A stretch of DNA of 64,000 nucleotides from Chrysomallon squamiferum (lineage: Eukaryota > Animalia > Mollusca). The DNA lies in assembly GCA_012295275.1 (NCBI GenBank), contig CM022668.1:9610001-9674000 (forward strand), in the 5' to 3' direction. Below, one piece after another: positions 43,443 through 59,282 of the stretch. The first letter of the stretch is position 1. Each line of letters begins with the position of its first letter. The position numbers were made by a program, and so were the translations under genes. Below the pieces are notes generated by a model, which worked only from the letters and a program-made list of their open reading frames with translations, was not told where the DNA came from and did no database searches.

Positions 43443-46008
43443 GTATATGTATGTATGTATATATATATATGTATAAAATTCTTTTAACAGTATTTATTAT
43501 TTTTTAACAAGCAGGTGTTGTCTATCAGCACGAATATAATTTAACTCAGAAAGAGACACAGTTAAACTGTATGCTACATTAATTACATCTCCGCAGCCTA
43601 CAAAACCAAAGCAGCTGTTGCTGATTTCAATATTTCCCACACACCTTAATTAATTTCATTCCACTGACCCCCACACAACCATCATCATGCACAACAGCAT
43701 CCATCAAACGCACTTCATGTAAATGAACAATTTAAGCCGCAGTTTGAAAAAAATCAATGGCCGACATTGATTCCTTACGGCTTAATTAAACCTAGGATTT
43801 TCCTGGTATTGATCTGACGGCGAGACCGTGTTGTGGTTGCTTTTAAAGCATCGGCGATGTCAACGTTGTTGATAATGTGTTGGTTGGCGAATGGATGGAC
43901 TGATGTTGACGTTTAACTAAACAAATCAGATATCAGACGTTGGAGATGTGAATTATTTATGTCTCCCGTTTTCTCTGCTAATGGGATGTTGATGTTTCTC
44001 TGGGAAATGTAAAATGTAGGATGTTTTCTTTAAGAAAACAGCCTGAAAGCAGTTGTAATAGATGAACTGTTGCCATAGTTGCAGTAGTTGTAGTAGTAGT
44101 AGTAGTATAGTAGTAGAACCAGTTTGCAGTAGTAGTATTAGTAGAAGTAGTAGTAGTAGTGGTTGTTGTTGTTGTTGTTGTTGTTGTAATACTTGCAATT
44201 GCAATTGCAGTAGTTGCAGTAGCTACTGCAGAAGTGGTGGCCGTGATAGTGCAGTTGTTGTAGCAGTGGTAGTAATTGTTGTTTTAGTGTTGTATGGTAG
44301 TGGTAGTGGTTCTTATTTTACTGTAGTAGCTGCAATAGGGTTATGTTAGTGTAGTAGTTGTAGTTATGGTAGTATTGGTTACGTGGTTACTTTAGTGTAG
44401 TTGTTGTAGTAGTGACAGTAGTAGCTGCAGCAGTAGTTATTATATTAGTTTAATGATTGCAGTAGTTGCAGTAGTCATTGTAGTAGTAATTATTTAAATG
44501 TAGCTGTTCTGACAGTGGCAGTAGTAGCTATAGCAGTGGTTGCAGTTGTGGTTGTAGTAGTGGTTTTAATATGGTAGTAGTTGCAGCAGTAGTAGTAGTG
44601 GTTATAATGGTGTAGTAATTGATGTAGTAGTTGTTTAGTTTTTTTTATTGTCATTGTTATAGTAGTTGCAGTTGTACCTGCAACAGTAAAGATAGTTATA
44701 TTAGTATAGTTGTTGTAGTTGCTGCATTTGCAGCAGTGCTGGTTATTAGTTTAGTTACTGTAGTAGTTGTAATAGTAGCTGCAACAACAATAGCTATATT
44801 AGCTTAGTTGTTGTGCACATAATACAATTAGTAATAGTAATTGCAGTTGCAGCAGTTGTAGCAATTTTAGTGGTAGTTGTAGTAGCAGCAGAACATCTAC
44901 TAGTAGCATATATTGTCAAAAACCATGATGGTGTTGCTGCACAATCATATTAGTAATAATAATAAAAGTAGCAGTAATAGTAACAGTGATAGTTACAATG
45001 CTGTTAGTAGTAGTTGTAGTAGTAGTAGAACTGTTGTAATAGAAGCAGCAATAAAGGTGGTAGTAGTAGTAGTGGTTGTTGTTGTTGTTGTTACAGTGGT
45101 AGCAGAGTAGAAATAGTAGTAGTAATAGTAATAATAATAGTGGTAGTGATGATGGTAGCTGTAGTAGTAGCACTAATACTAGCAGTAGTAGTAGTAGTAG
45201 TAGTAGTTACTTTGGTAGTAGCAAGATAGATTAGTAGTAATAATAGCATTAGCCATAACAGTAACAGTAGTTGTAGTAACAGTAGTTGTAGTTATAGTAG
45301 TAATTCAGGTAGTTAGCAGAGGTAGTACGTTTAATAAAAATAATAAATACTGGAAACCAAATAATTAAATAAATAAGCAAATAAATAAATAAAAAAACAA
45401 AAAAAAAAAAATAAAAAAATAAAAATGATAAAAAAAAAATAAAAATAAAAATAATAATAATAAAATAAAATAAAAAAGAAATAAAAAAAAAAAAAAATAA
45501 TAATAATGCCACAAATAAAAAACAAACAAACAAAGAAATACATCAAAGTGATAAATAAACAAATAAACAAACAAACAAACAAATGAGTAAATAAACAAAT
45601 AAATAAATAAACAAACAAACAAACAAATGAGTAAATAAACAAACAAATAAATAAACAAATAAACAAACAAACAAACAAACAAATAAAGGCACAAAACAAA
45701 CAAGTAAAATAAAATAAAATAAGTAACGAACACAAACGACACCGAAATGATGTAAACACAACTAAAGGAAATAACATTAATTTTATTTCTGCTTCAAACA
45801 ACTTACAGACCTCTTCCACTTACTTAATTCCACTGGTCAGTGTTGTGGTCAAGCTGACCACAATCAATAAGAGAGGATGTAATTGGCAGATGCTGGACAC
45901 ACAACAAAAGAATGGACAGTTCTGAGAGTTATAGATTTCTCCTTACAGTTGCAGAATTTCCTTACGTTACAAACAGATTTTCTGTGTCCTTGTTGAGTTG
46001 TGTACTAT

Positions 46009-46051
<43 letters not shown>

Positions 46052-46589
46052 GTAAGTCTCTATGTGTATGTTTTCATATATGTGTGTGTGTTGTGTATGT
46101 GTGTGTGTATGTGTGTGTGTGTCTGTGTGTGTGTGTGTGTATGTATGTGTGTGTGTGTGTGTGTGTGTAAAAAAGATATATATGGTGTGGATATGTGGTA
46201 TAATATTTCTATGTATATGGATGTGTTTGCATATGTGTTTATATGTATTTTTGTATGTTTGTGTTTGTATGTATATGTATGTTTATGTGTATAGGTGTAC
46301 ATCTACAGATATAATGTATGTATATGTATGTTTATGTGTATAGGAGTACATCTGCAGATGTAATGTATGTTTATGTATATAGGTGTACATCTGCAGGTAT
46401 AATGTATGTTTATGTATTTTAATGTATAGTAACATTTGTAACAGTAATAATCATGATACTGATGATAAAAATAAACATTTTATGTAGTTTTTTTCTCTAC
46501 ATAAATATACACACAGAGGTACACACACATACTCATGATAAAATAAACATTTTAAACATAAATATACACACAGTTCACACATAAACATA

Positions 46590-46659
<70 letters not shown>

Positions 46660-46779
46660 TCTTCGTCTTCTTCTTCTCTCAGTTTGTATCTAAATGACTC
46701 AGTGAACACACTGAATGAAGTAAATGATTACATGGCAATAACATTGCTCTGCAGACTCCTCTCTAGAACCTGTCACTGG

Positions 46780-46964
46780 ATACTGACTTGTTTAGAACTA
46801 GATGTTTACAGGTTCAGTGTACATAGTAAGTTCTGTGTACAGTAAGTTAATGGAGACCAGACAATGGTATGTTTGGAGGACATGATGAATAATGTCTGAA
46901 CTGATAGTGTGTTTGTGATTTATGTTTCTAACTAAACCAGTCTTTGAGAAACTGAAAGACAGAG

Positions 46965-47053
<89 letters not shown>
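46780..47053 (+). repeat. Dispersed repeat copy 1 (~180 bp followed by (GA)n); copy 2 at ~51104-51305
   Basis: Both copies share TGACTTGTTTAGAACTAG...TTAATGGAGACCAGACAATGGTATG...TTTATGTTTCTAACTAAACCAGTCTTTGAG then (GA)n. Confidence 0.85.
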
Positions 47054-47056
<3 letters not shown>

Positions 47057-48541
47057 AATAATTTATATGCTTTTTATTTTATTTTTATTCAAAAATTACT
47101 TTCTCTTTGTTCTTTTTTTTTATTCTTTCTTTTATTTTTTAATTTCTTTCTTCCATTTCATATTTTCTTTCTTTTTCGTAAATTTTTTACTTCTTTTTTA
47201 CTTTATTTCTTCATTCATCACTATCTGACAGAGAGAAGATAATAGAAAGAAAAAATAAATCAAACGACAGAGACAAAAATGTTAATTCTTCCTTTCATCA
47301 TTCACAATTAAATTTTATTCTTAGAAAAAAAAATGTCACAGTTTTTCTACATCTAAATATGAAATAAAAAGACACACAGACAACACAACCACCATCAGAG
47401 AATCAAACACTTTTTATATAAAAAAAAAAACCTGCTTCATTTAACTTCTGAAATAACTGATTTCTAATGACATGAACATTTTTCCAATATCTCCCTGAAC
47501 ACACTGGAAAACAACAGCTCAATATCTCCATTTATTGACAGCTTTATCATACGTCCTCACTGAAGTCGTAAATCTTAATTACCTCCCCTGTCTGAGTCCC
47601 CCTACAGTAAACACAGAGCTGCTGCAGGTTGATGTTCGTCAGTATTGATCACACACTCGGGCGATGTTGCGTTTGTCAGCATAGTTGCTGAATCACGTTT
47701 TTATGAGGGGAACAAACATATCGACTTTTTACGTTTTTGAATCTAGGTCGCACTGGTAGCACTGGCATGCTTGTAATGTTAATTTTACTGTTTACATTCC
47801 TCACTGCAGTCATAATTTGTATGTGATGTGTAATAAGTGTCCAGTTATATTAGTTAATCAATAAATTAATGTGATATTAATGATGTTCTTCAATAAAGTG
47901 ATGAAAATTTAATAAAAAGATGTTTTACATGTCGTTAATATTCACTGAAATGCCCTGAAGAAATACTGAATTTAAAACTGAATATAAAATATTTTTGTAT
48001 ATGTGAAAGAAGTTACGTTTTACCACAACAATATTATAATCTAATTTATATTTTACATTTCATTTACAATGTAAAATTTCACACTGATTATACAGCAATG
48101 AAAATGTAATACTTAAATGTAAAATATGAAAATTTAACATTGCATACACCACATTATTAAAGTAAATATAAATTTTGTAAATGTAAAACAGTGTTACATG
48201 GGCAAAATGTTATAATGCTGTTCAACTGTTGTAAATGTAATTCTTATACCCAGAATATGAAAAGTAAACTGTATTAATGTAAAACAGTCCTTTATTTTGT
48301 AAATGTAAAATAGTGCTGTATTTTGTAAACATAAACTGCTATATTTGATAATATTACATGCACATTTTTATAATGGAAAATATTAATATTGTTGAATTAT
48401 ATTATCAGGCAATAAAAATGTAATAATATTTGAAATAGAACATGAACTGTAAAATTTGTAAAATGTTCAATCACCAGTATTGTAAACTTTGTTATGTCAC
48501 AGCAGAATTTCCTTGTATCTAATGTTATACATTTTATATCC

Positions 48542-48647
<106 letters not shown>

Positions 48648-48670
48648 TTACTTACTTACTTACTTATTTA

Positions 48671-48702
<32 letters not shown>

Positions 48703-48714
48703 TTTACTTACTTA

Positions 48715-48756
<42 letters not shown>

Positions 48757-48774
48757 CACTGACTGTTTTTCCAG

Positions 48775-48889
48775 GAACTGGTTGGGAATGTTGCAGAACA
48801 GAAGAACTGGCGTGGAATTGCTATCGCTCTTCTTGTTATTGTTGTTGTCTGTGCTTTGATAATAACAGCAATTATACTCATTACACCAG
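48775..48889 (+). CDS. Shared exon 2: juxtamembrane + signal-anchor TM ([38 protein letters not shown])
   Basis: tttttccag acceptor, G|GTCAGT donor, 115 nt, phase 0 to 1; closely resembles the DPP6/DPP10 TM segment (ELVG...[12 protein letters not shown]). Confidence 0.95.
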
Positions 48890-49003
48890 GTCAGTCTGCT
48901 GTTGTTATTGTTATTGTTGTTATTATTGTTATTATCATTGTCATCATCTTTATTATTATTATTGTTATCATTATTATTATTATTATTATCATTATAATTA
49001 TTA

Positions 49004-49047
<44 letters not shown>

Positions 49048-50719
49048 TATTTGTATTATTATTATTATTATTATTATTTCTAATTATTATTATTATTATT
49101 GTTATATTTTTCTTTTATTCATTGCATTTTTTTATTTATTTATTTACTTATCTATTTATTCATATTGATTCATTATTTATTATTTTATTTTTTTTCATTT
49201 ATTTATTTTTTTATTTATTTTTTTATTTCTTTTATTCATTTTTTATTTATTTTTTGTTCATTTATTTATCTATTTATTTATTATTTATTATTATTCATTT
49301 CATTTATTCATTCATTCATTTATTTATTTTTACTTAGCTTTATTTATTTATTTTATTTATTTAAGTTATTTATTCATTCATTCATTCATTCATTCATTCA
49401 TTTATTTATTTATTTATGTATTTATTCAGCTAATGATGATCGGAAACTGGGAAGTCCGTACACACTACACGACTTTTTTGATGAAAAACTGAAACCAAAA
49501 ACTTTCCAAGTCCAGTGGACAAAAGGTAAATATACTAAATAACATCACACAAGTATCCAGAGGTAGAAGTAGTAGTAGTAGCAGTAGTAGTAGTAGTGGT
49601 AGTAATTATAATAGTAGTGGTAGAAGTTATAGCTGTGATTATAGTTATATTAGTAGTACTAGTAGCAATAGTAGTTGTTGTAGTTGTTGCAGTAGGTGTT
49701 GTTGTAGAAGTAACAATAATAGTACTAGTAGAAGTAGTAATAGTAATATTACTGGTAGTAGTGGTGCTTCCAGTAATATAGTAATAATAAGGAATAAAAA
49801 CTAGTAGTAAATTAGATTTAAGATATTTCTAATAGTGTTACTTGCATTATTATCAATATCATCATCATTTTAATTATTAGTAATATTACTATTATTATTG
49901 CCATTATTATTATTATTATATTACTATTATTGTTATTACTATTATTATTATTACTATTATCACTGTTATTGTTATTGCTTATATTGTTGTTTTTATTATT
50001 ATTATTAGTTATCATTTCTATTATTATTAGTAGTAGTAACAGTAGTAGTAGTAGTAGTAATAAAAGTATTAATATTGATAGTATTATTATTATTACTACT
50101 ATTATTGTTATTATTATTAATGTTATTACTTTCGTTATTATTACTGTTATTATCATCATCATCAACATCATCATCATTATCTCATCATCATTATCATTAT
50201 TATAACAATTATTATTATTTTTATTACCATTAATTATTATTATATTACTACTACTACTACTACTGTTATTGTTGTTGTTGTTGTTGTTGTTATTATTTTA
50301 GTTATTATTATTATTATTATCTTTATTGACAATTTTTATCATTTAAACAATTATTACTAGTTGTTGTTGTTGTTGTTGTTGTTGTAAAAGTATTAATGTT
50401 GATAGTTATTATTATTACTACAAGTTTTACTTATTTAAACAATTATTACTGTTGTTGTTGTTGTTGTTGTAGTTACTATTAACTTCATCATCATCATCAG
50501 CACCATTTTAATTTTTATTATTTAAACAACTATTACTACTGTTGTTGTTGTTGTTGTTGTTGTTGTTCTTGTTGTTGTTATTATCTTGCAGATGACAAGT
50601 TTTACTATTTAAACAACTACTACTACTGTTATTGTTGTTGTTGTTGTTGTTGTTGTAGTTACTGTTACTGTTATTATCTTGCACATGACAAGTTTTACTA
50701 TTTAAACAACTATTACTAC

Positions 50720-50762
<43 letters not shown>

Positions 50763-51260
50763 ACTGTTACTGTTACTGTTATTATCTTTCAGATGACAAG
50801 TTTTACTATTTGAACAAAGATGGCGCTCTACACCAGTTTGACTGCACACTCAACTCATCCACTTTGATCATGGACAACATCACATTTGTGAGTTTTATTT
50901 TAATTTACCTGTCAGATTTTACTTTTTAATTATTTCTGTCATATCTGCATGTATATATGTGTGTGTGTGTGTGTCTGTGGGTGTGTGTATGTGTGTCCTT
51001 ATATAAAATGATGGTTTACATTTATACAAAGAATGAGAATTTAGTGTTTGACTGAATTAAGGTAACTGTGAAATTTTAATTACAGATGTATATATGAGAG
51101 ATATTGACTTGTTTAGAACTAGTTCAAGGTACACAGTAAGTTCTGTGTTCAGTAGGTTAATGGAGACCAGACAATGGTATGTGTGGAGGACATGATGATA
51201 AATTGATAGTGTATTTGTAATTTATGTTTCTAACTAAACCAGTCTTTGAGTAACTGTTTT

Positions 51261-51307
<47 letters not shown>

Positions 51308-51929
51308 TTCAAATTAATAATGATATTCAGAATGATTAATGATGATGATGAACATGATATGATTACAATGACAGTCAACAATATCAGAGATTATAAAACA
51401 TAAATACAAAATTTCCCTAACATAAAAATAATTTCTAAATTTAATTTTCTAATTTAATACTGCCTGTTTTAAAGTGTCTTAATTTGATCATCCATTGAAG
51501 ATTCACTTTTATCATTTAAAAAAAAAAAATAATATAAAAATAATTATTTCTTAATTTTTTTTATTTTTTTTTTATAAAATTATATTCCCTTGCATTTCGA
51601 AAATTAATTTTATATAATCTGATTTTAATATTAGGCAGGTTAATTACCATAGTTTAATGCCATTTAGAAAGATATTGAGTTTAATCTATAATCAATGCCC
51701 TTTCTAAACAAAATCTACTTAATGAAATATCCTATTATGTTGGCATTAGCTCTCTGTTGTATCACAGACTTAACTAGAATAGATTTTCAGTCTGAAAGGT
51801 GGTTAGGAAAGCAGTATTTGCAGTACAGTGAGGTTAAATCAATACTCTTTTTGTGACTGCTCCTGAGAAAATAAACATAAGGTCAAAATAGTAAACTACT
51901 TAATTAAAATGTTTAAACATTATTGTTAC

Positions 51930-51972
<43 letters not shown>

Positions 51973-52491
51973 GGCATTATTGGTATTATTATTGTTGTTT
52001 TTGTTGTTGTTGTTGTTGTTATTATTATTATTATTATTATTTTAGTCATTTTCTTTTATTTATTTATTTTATTTTATTTATTTATTTATTTATTTAATGA
52101 TTTATTGATTTATTATTTATTTAGTTATATACTGACTACTTTATAAACTGTAGCCTGTAATTTAGAATTTTAAATTTTAACCATCAGCTCATCGTAACTA
52201 TATTGTCTGTTACATGTATCTGTATGTAATTCAGTTTAAATCTGAAAAACATATAATAATTATTGTCATTGTTGTTATTGTAGATGTTATTATTATTGCT
52301 ATTTGTTATTATTAGTGTCAATATTATTATTATTATTATTGTTATAATTATTATTATTGTTGTCATTATTCTTATTATTAACATTGTTTTTGCTGTTATT
52401 ATCATTACTGTTATTATTATTATTATTGCTATTATTATTATTGTAATTATTATTATTATTATTATTTATTATTATTATTATTATTATTGTA

Positions 52492-52543
<52 letters not shown>

Positions 52544-52579
52544 ATTATTGTAATTATTATTATTATTATTATTATTGTA

Positions 52580-52629
<50 letters not shown>

Positions 52630-54531
52630 GACAGAGAAATCTGGACACTGGACAGTACACAGTTTCACCTGACCAGCAGTATGTGATGTTGAAACATGAC
52701 ATCATACCTGTAAGTACACATACCTGTAAAACACCTGTAATAACCAGACATACCTGTATATACATAAAAAAAACAGATACACACAAGCATACACACACAC
52801 ACACACAGATACATACAAAAATATTATATACTAGTGTGTGTGTGTGTTTTATATGCATGTATATACACACACATACAAACACACATACACTCAGAGACAC
52901 AGAAACATAAACACACTCTCTACCTGCTACATAACTAGAAATACGCACATGTCTGAATATACATATGTATGTGTGTGTTTATACACATTATACATTAAAG
53001 AGACAGAGTGACAGACAGACAGACAGACAGACAGATAATTCACTGTGTTTTAAATTTCAGGTTTTCCGCCATTCAACTTTGGCTTCTTACACTCTGTTTG
53101 ATACAAACATGAAGTAAGTCAAATATCTTTATATACACAACATATACCTGTCTTATATATTCATATACACACTGTTTGATACAAACATGAAGTAAGTCAC
53201 ATATCTTTAAACATCTATCATATATCTTTATATACACAACATATATCTGTCTTATATATTCATTCATATATCATATATTCAAATATATGTCTTAAACATA
53301 TATATCTTATATATTCATATACACAACATATATCTGTCTTATATATTCATATACACAAATATATATCTGTCTTATATATTCATATACACACTGTTTGATA
53401 CAAACATGAAGTGAGTCATTGCTGGTTTATACATCTATCATATATCATACAGATATTATATATCTGCATGTACACAAATATACCTGTCATATACCTTCAT
53501 TTTCATATTTCTATAATAACTTCATAGACATAAACGTATCTCTTATAATGTTCATATAGCCAAACATATATCTCGTATCTTCATTATAGAGAAACATATC
53601 TCATTATCTTCATATTTACAAATGTAACTATAATATATCTTCATATATACACAAACAAATCTCTCTTATATCTTCATATACACAAATACATCTATCATAT
53701 ATCTTCATATATACAAACATATCTCTCATATATCTTCATGTATACAAACATATCTGTCTTATATCTTCATATACACAAACATATATTTTATATATCTCTA
53801 TATACGTACACATATCTATCAAATATCTTCATATGTGTAAAATTATCTATCAAATACATGTGTCTGTATGTTTATGTGAAATTTCTATGTGTGTTTGTAT
53901 GTGTGTCTTTATGTGTATGTTTGTATTTTGAGAGTGATTTCTTCTTTTTCTGCCTTTGCTTTCAGTCTGTCCATATTTCTGCTTCTTTCTTTTCCCTTTC
54001 TTTCTTTTCTTCTTTCTTTCTTATTTTATCTTTTTATTTTCTATTTTCTATATATATATAAGTATGTATGTATGTATGTATGTATGTGTATATGTGTGTG
54101 TGTGTATATATGTATGTGTGTATGTCTGGGTATGTGTATATATATGTATATGTATGTGTGTATGTATGTGTGTGTGTGTCTGTGTGTCTGTGTGTGTATA
54201 TATGTATGAATTTATATATGTATGTATGTATGTATATATGTATGTGTGTGTGTATATGTGTGTATGTGTGTGTATATGTATGTGTGTATGTATATATGTA
54301 TGTATGTATGTATGTATGTTTCTATATATAATATGTATATATGTGTGTATGTATGTATGTATGTATGTATGTATGTGTGTGTGTGTATGTATGTATGTAT
54401 GTATGTGTGTATGTATGTATGTATGTGTATGTATGTATGTATGTATGTATGTGTATGTATGTATGTATGTGTATGTATGTATGTATGTATGTATGTATGT
54501 ATGTATGTGTATGTATGTATGTATGTATGTA

Positions 54532-54562
<31 letters not shown>

Positions 54563-54689
54563 ATGTATGTATGTATGTATGTATGTCTATATGTATGTGT
54601 GTGTATGTATGTATGTATGTATATATATATGTGTGTGTATGTATGTGTGTGTATGTATGTATGTATGTATGTATGTATGTGTGTATGTA

Positions 54690-54720
<31 letters not shown>

Positions 54721-55658
54721 ATGTATGTATGTATGTATGTGTGTGTGTGTGTATGTATGTATTTGTTACTAAAAAGAGTTACTGTTTCAGAGTAATGAAG
54801 AAGCTGGTTGGACATCATGGTGAGACGTTTCAGTATGTTTCCTGGTCTCCCAGACAGGGCCATGGAGTTGTAAGTGTGTTTTCCTGGTTTAGCAGTGCTA
54901 GAATATTCATCATTAATATATTAACAGTTTGTTTTAAACAGTGTTAGAATATTCATCATCATAGAATGTTTTAACAGTGTTAAAATATTCATCTGGTTTG
55001 TTATAACAGTGTTAAAATATTCATCATTACATTATATCACTAGTTTGTTTTAACAGTGTTAAAATATTCATCATTACTTTATATCACTAGTTTGTAATAA
55101 CAGTGTTAAAATATTCATCATTACTTTATATCACTATTTTATTTTATAGTGTTAAAATATTCATCATTATATTATATCACTAGTTTGTCATAATAGTGTT
55201 AAAATATCATCATTTTAACAGTTTAAAATATCATCATTTTTATTTTATAGTGTTAAAATATTCATATATAATGTACATTTGATAAAATATTCACTAGTTT
55301 GTCATAATAACAGTGTTAAAATATCTATCATTATATTATATTTTAATGAAATTTACTTCTTTCTAAATTAAAATATTCATCATTGCATTAAAATGTATCA
55401 TGTATTTACTATGTCAAACTAATGCACATGCTAGTATATTTTGATATTTTTTTTTTGTGATTTGGCATCACATGATTGATAAGTTTGTTGCTTCTCTGAT
55501 AATTTGTTTTGTTGCAGGTTTTTGTCCAGGAAAACGACATCTACTACAAACCTAACATCGAGGTTGACGATGTTTCTAACATCATCACTCTGACAAACAC
55601 TGGAGAGAGGGGACTCATTTACAATGGCATTCCAGACTGGGTGTATGAAGGTAAAATC

Positions 55659-55689
<31 letters not shown>

Positions 55690-55714
55690 GTATCTCTCCC
55701 TCTCTGTCTATCTC

Positions 55715-55809
<95 letters not shown>

Positions 55810-55814
55810 CTGTC

Positions 55815-55899
<85 letters not shown>

Positions 55900-56114
55900 A
55901 TCTCTCTCACACTCTCTCTATCACTCTCTCTGTCTCTTTCTCACTCTGTCTCTCTGTCTGTCTGTCTGTCAGTCTGTCTCTCTCTCTCTCTCACTTTTTC
56001 TCAGTCTCACTCTCTCTTGTTGTCTATCTCTTTGTCTGTCTCTCTCTCTCACACACACGCTCTCTCTGTATCTCTCTCTCTGTCTGTCTGTTTCTCTCTC
56101 TCTGTCTGTCTGTC

Positions 56115-56193
<79 letters not shown>

Positions 56194-56212
56194 GTCTGTA
56201 TATCTGTCTCTG

Positions 56213-56246
<34 letters not shown>

Positions 56247-56764
56247 CCTTTCTGTTTCTCACTCTCCCTACCTTCCTACCCATTACCTTCCCTCAGTCTT
56301 TGTTTTTGCTACCACCTGACTATACATTAACAGTAATCCTTAGTTATAAACAACAACATGTACACTTAAAAAAGAAATAGTAAAAATATAACTGACTATA
56401 CAAATGTTTCTTACAGAGGAGGTGTTTAGTTCAGACAATGCACTGTGGTGGTCACCAGATGGCTCCTACTTATGCTACGGCGTCTTCAACAACACCCTCG
56501 TACCAAAGTACTACTACCTTGTCTACTCTGACTATAATCATCCATATGGCAGCCTTGTTTCCATACCATATCCTAAGGTAGTCATTTTGAGACTATTAGT
56601 AGAAATGTTGTTTTTTTGGGGTTTTATTAGGTTTAGAATTAATTCTTTTAATAGTGGGAATGAGAACAAGAACAACAAAAGCAAGAAGATTAATAGTAAC
56701 AACAGAAATATTAAAAACAACTACAATGGCAGCAATAACAGCAACAACTACAACAAGAACAGCA

Positions 56765-56805
<41 letters not shown>

Positions 56806-56986
56806 CATAATCATAAATAGTAATAACAAAAATCAACAGTAACAGCAATAATAATAATTTTAATAATAATAATAATAATATAATAATGATAATCATAATC
56901 ATAAATAGTAATAACAAAAACAACAGTAACAGCATTAATAATAATAATATTAATTTTAATAATAATCATAATAATATAATAATGAT

Positions 56987-57028
<42 letters not shown>

Positions 57029-59206
57029 GTAAATAAATAACATAACATAACATAACATAAAAAGGATATGCTATGGCTAATCTAAGTAAATTTCAATGAT
57101 CAGCTCATCCATTCATTCATTCATTTATTCATCATTATCTTATCATTCTATTAATATTATTACAACAGACATTTTCTGAGATTTAATTTTTTTTTCCCGC
57201 TATCCAGCCTGGTTTTCCCAATCCGACTATTGCTCTGAAAATAGTAAAGATTGATGGCTTTTCAACTGTGACTGTACAGACACCTTCAGAATTTCAACAC
57301 AGGTGAGTGAATTTTTTTTAAATTGTACTTCATGAACTGACAGACAGATGCAATCATGGACCAATGGATGGACTCTTGAATTAATGCTTAGGTTGGAGAA
57401 TGGATGTGCAAAGAAAACTAATGTCAGCAAAATGTAAACATATAAAATATATGTAATCACTGCTTTGAATATCTGCATAATTTTATGTTCAGAAAAGTTT
57501 CAGTAGCTATTCATGATTATTTTTAAAACTTATAAAAAAAACATTATTTTTATTGAGCCCTACTTTGTTCAGAATTGTTATGTTTTTCAAAAATTTATTT
57601 TCAGTGATAATGTTTCATATGTGTTGATGAATTGGCAGTTATGGAATTTTGAAATCAAATTCAAATCAGAAAGGAAATAGCAATTTTCCTGTTCTTGTTC
57701 CTGTTCTTGTTCTTGTTCTTTGTGTTCTTGTTCCTGTTCTTCTTCTTGTTCTTTGTGTTCTTGTTCCTGTTCTTGTTCCTGTTCTTGATCTTGTTCCTGT
57801 TCTTCTTCTTCTTGAACCTGTTGTTGTTCTTCCTCTTCTTTAAAACTATTTTTCTAATCTTTGCATGTAGTTATTATTCACAATTTGAGCTATAATACTT
57901 CATGACATAAAAAGAATAACTCATCATACTTTTTAATATCCAATAGCCTGTAATACTTCACAATCAATAGTCAAAATAGACTGAGTCATCATTTTCCTTT
58001 AGTACTTAACAATCTAAAAACAAAACAAAATTAAAAAAAAAATACAAAAAAGAGAAAGAAACTCATTATACTACATTAATACTTAAAATCTAAACAGACA
58101 GAGTAACCTCCCTTATTGCATTAATACAAAAAAGTTCTGCAAGGTCTGTGTCGTAACAAATTCTTTATACTCATAAGTCTAAAAAGACTGAGTATTACAT
58201 TACTACGCCAAATCCTAAAAGACTGAGTGAGTATCCGATGAATACAATAAAATCTTAAAAAAACTGTGAGTTACAGTGCTTTTTGCAACTCGTATTTATA
58301 TATAAAGAACGAGTGCAGGATTTCTACCAAATAGTCTAAATTGATTTAATATACTGGGTTGAGGAATAAGTCATTGCGCTTCATAATTATTCAAATTTAT
58401 TGCAGAGGCATCAAAATACTTGTTGTTGGGAAGAAGTTGTACATAACAACAGAAAATAGATTATTGATTAAATTACATCTTGTTTTCAATTATGCTTAAG
58501 TTTTCTCCTATCTAATGATTGAATTTAATTTAACCACAATGAATTATTCTTGAAGCCAATCAATTTAATGCTCAACGACTGAGACATTGTTCGATTAAAT
58601 ATTTAATGACTTGAATCACTGTATTGATTTAAAGTAAAAAAATTAAATATAAATAAAAAAAAAGACTAAAGAGGCTGAGTCACCATCAAGTTTATTTTGT
58701 TTACAACACTGAACAGCCAGAATCATCATTCTACATTAATACCAAAGTCTAAAAAGACTGAGTTGCTGTAGTTACCGCCTTTTATAATCGATGTCATAAA
58801 AGACTGAGTCATCAGATATTGTTTTATAGTCGATAGTATGAAGACATTCGGTAACAGTTCGTGTTTAATATACCATATAGATTGATTGATTTTCTTATTT
58901 ATTTATTTGCTTCTGTATTTATTTTCTTCTTTATTTATTTATTTATTTGCTTATTTATTTATTTATATGTTTGTTTGTTTGTTTGATTGTTTGTTTGTTT
59001 GTTTGTTTGTTTGTTTGTTTGTTTGTTTGTTTGTTTGTTTATTTATTTGTTTGTTTGTTTGTTTGTTTGTTTTAGAGACCACTACATCACTAAGGTGCTG
59101 TGGAAGGATGAAAAGACAGTCTGGATCTGCTGGTTGAACAGAGCACAGAACTTCTCTGTGATGACAGAGTGTAGTGCAGTCGATGGGAAATGCAGAGTGG
59201 TTAGTA

Positions 59207-59282
<76 letters not shown>

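Noticed and set aside
53956-54947. Long VCMY/HTYI/SLSL/ERER-type ORFs (also 30634, 42308, 48489 and others)
   Set aside because: Translations of di- and tetranucleotide microsatellites; only the embedded true exons are coding
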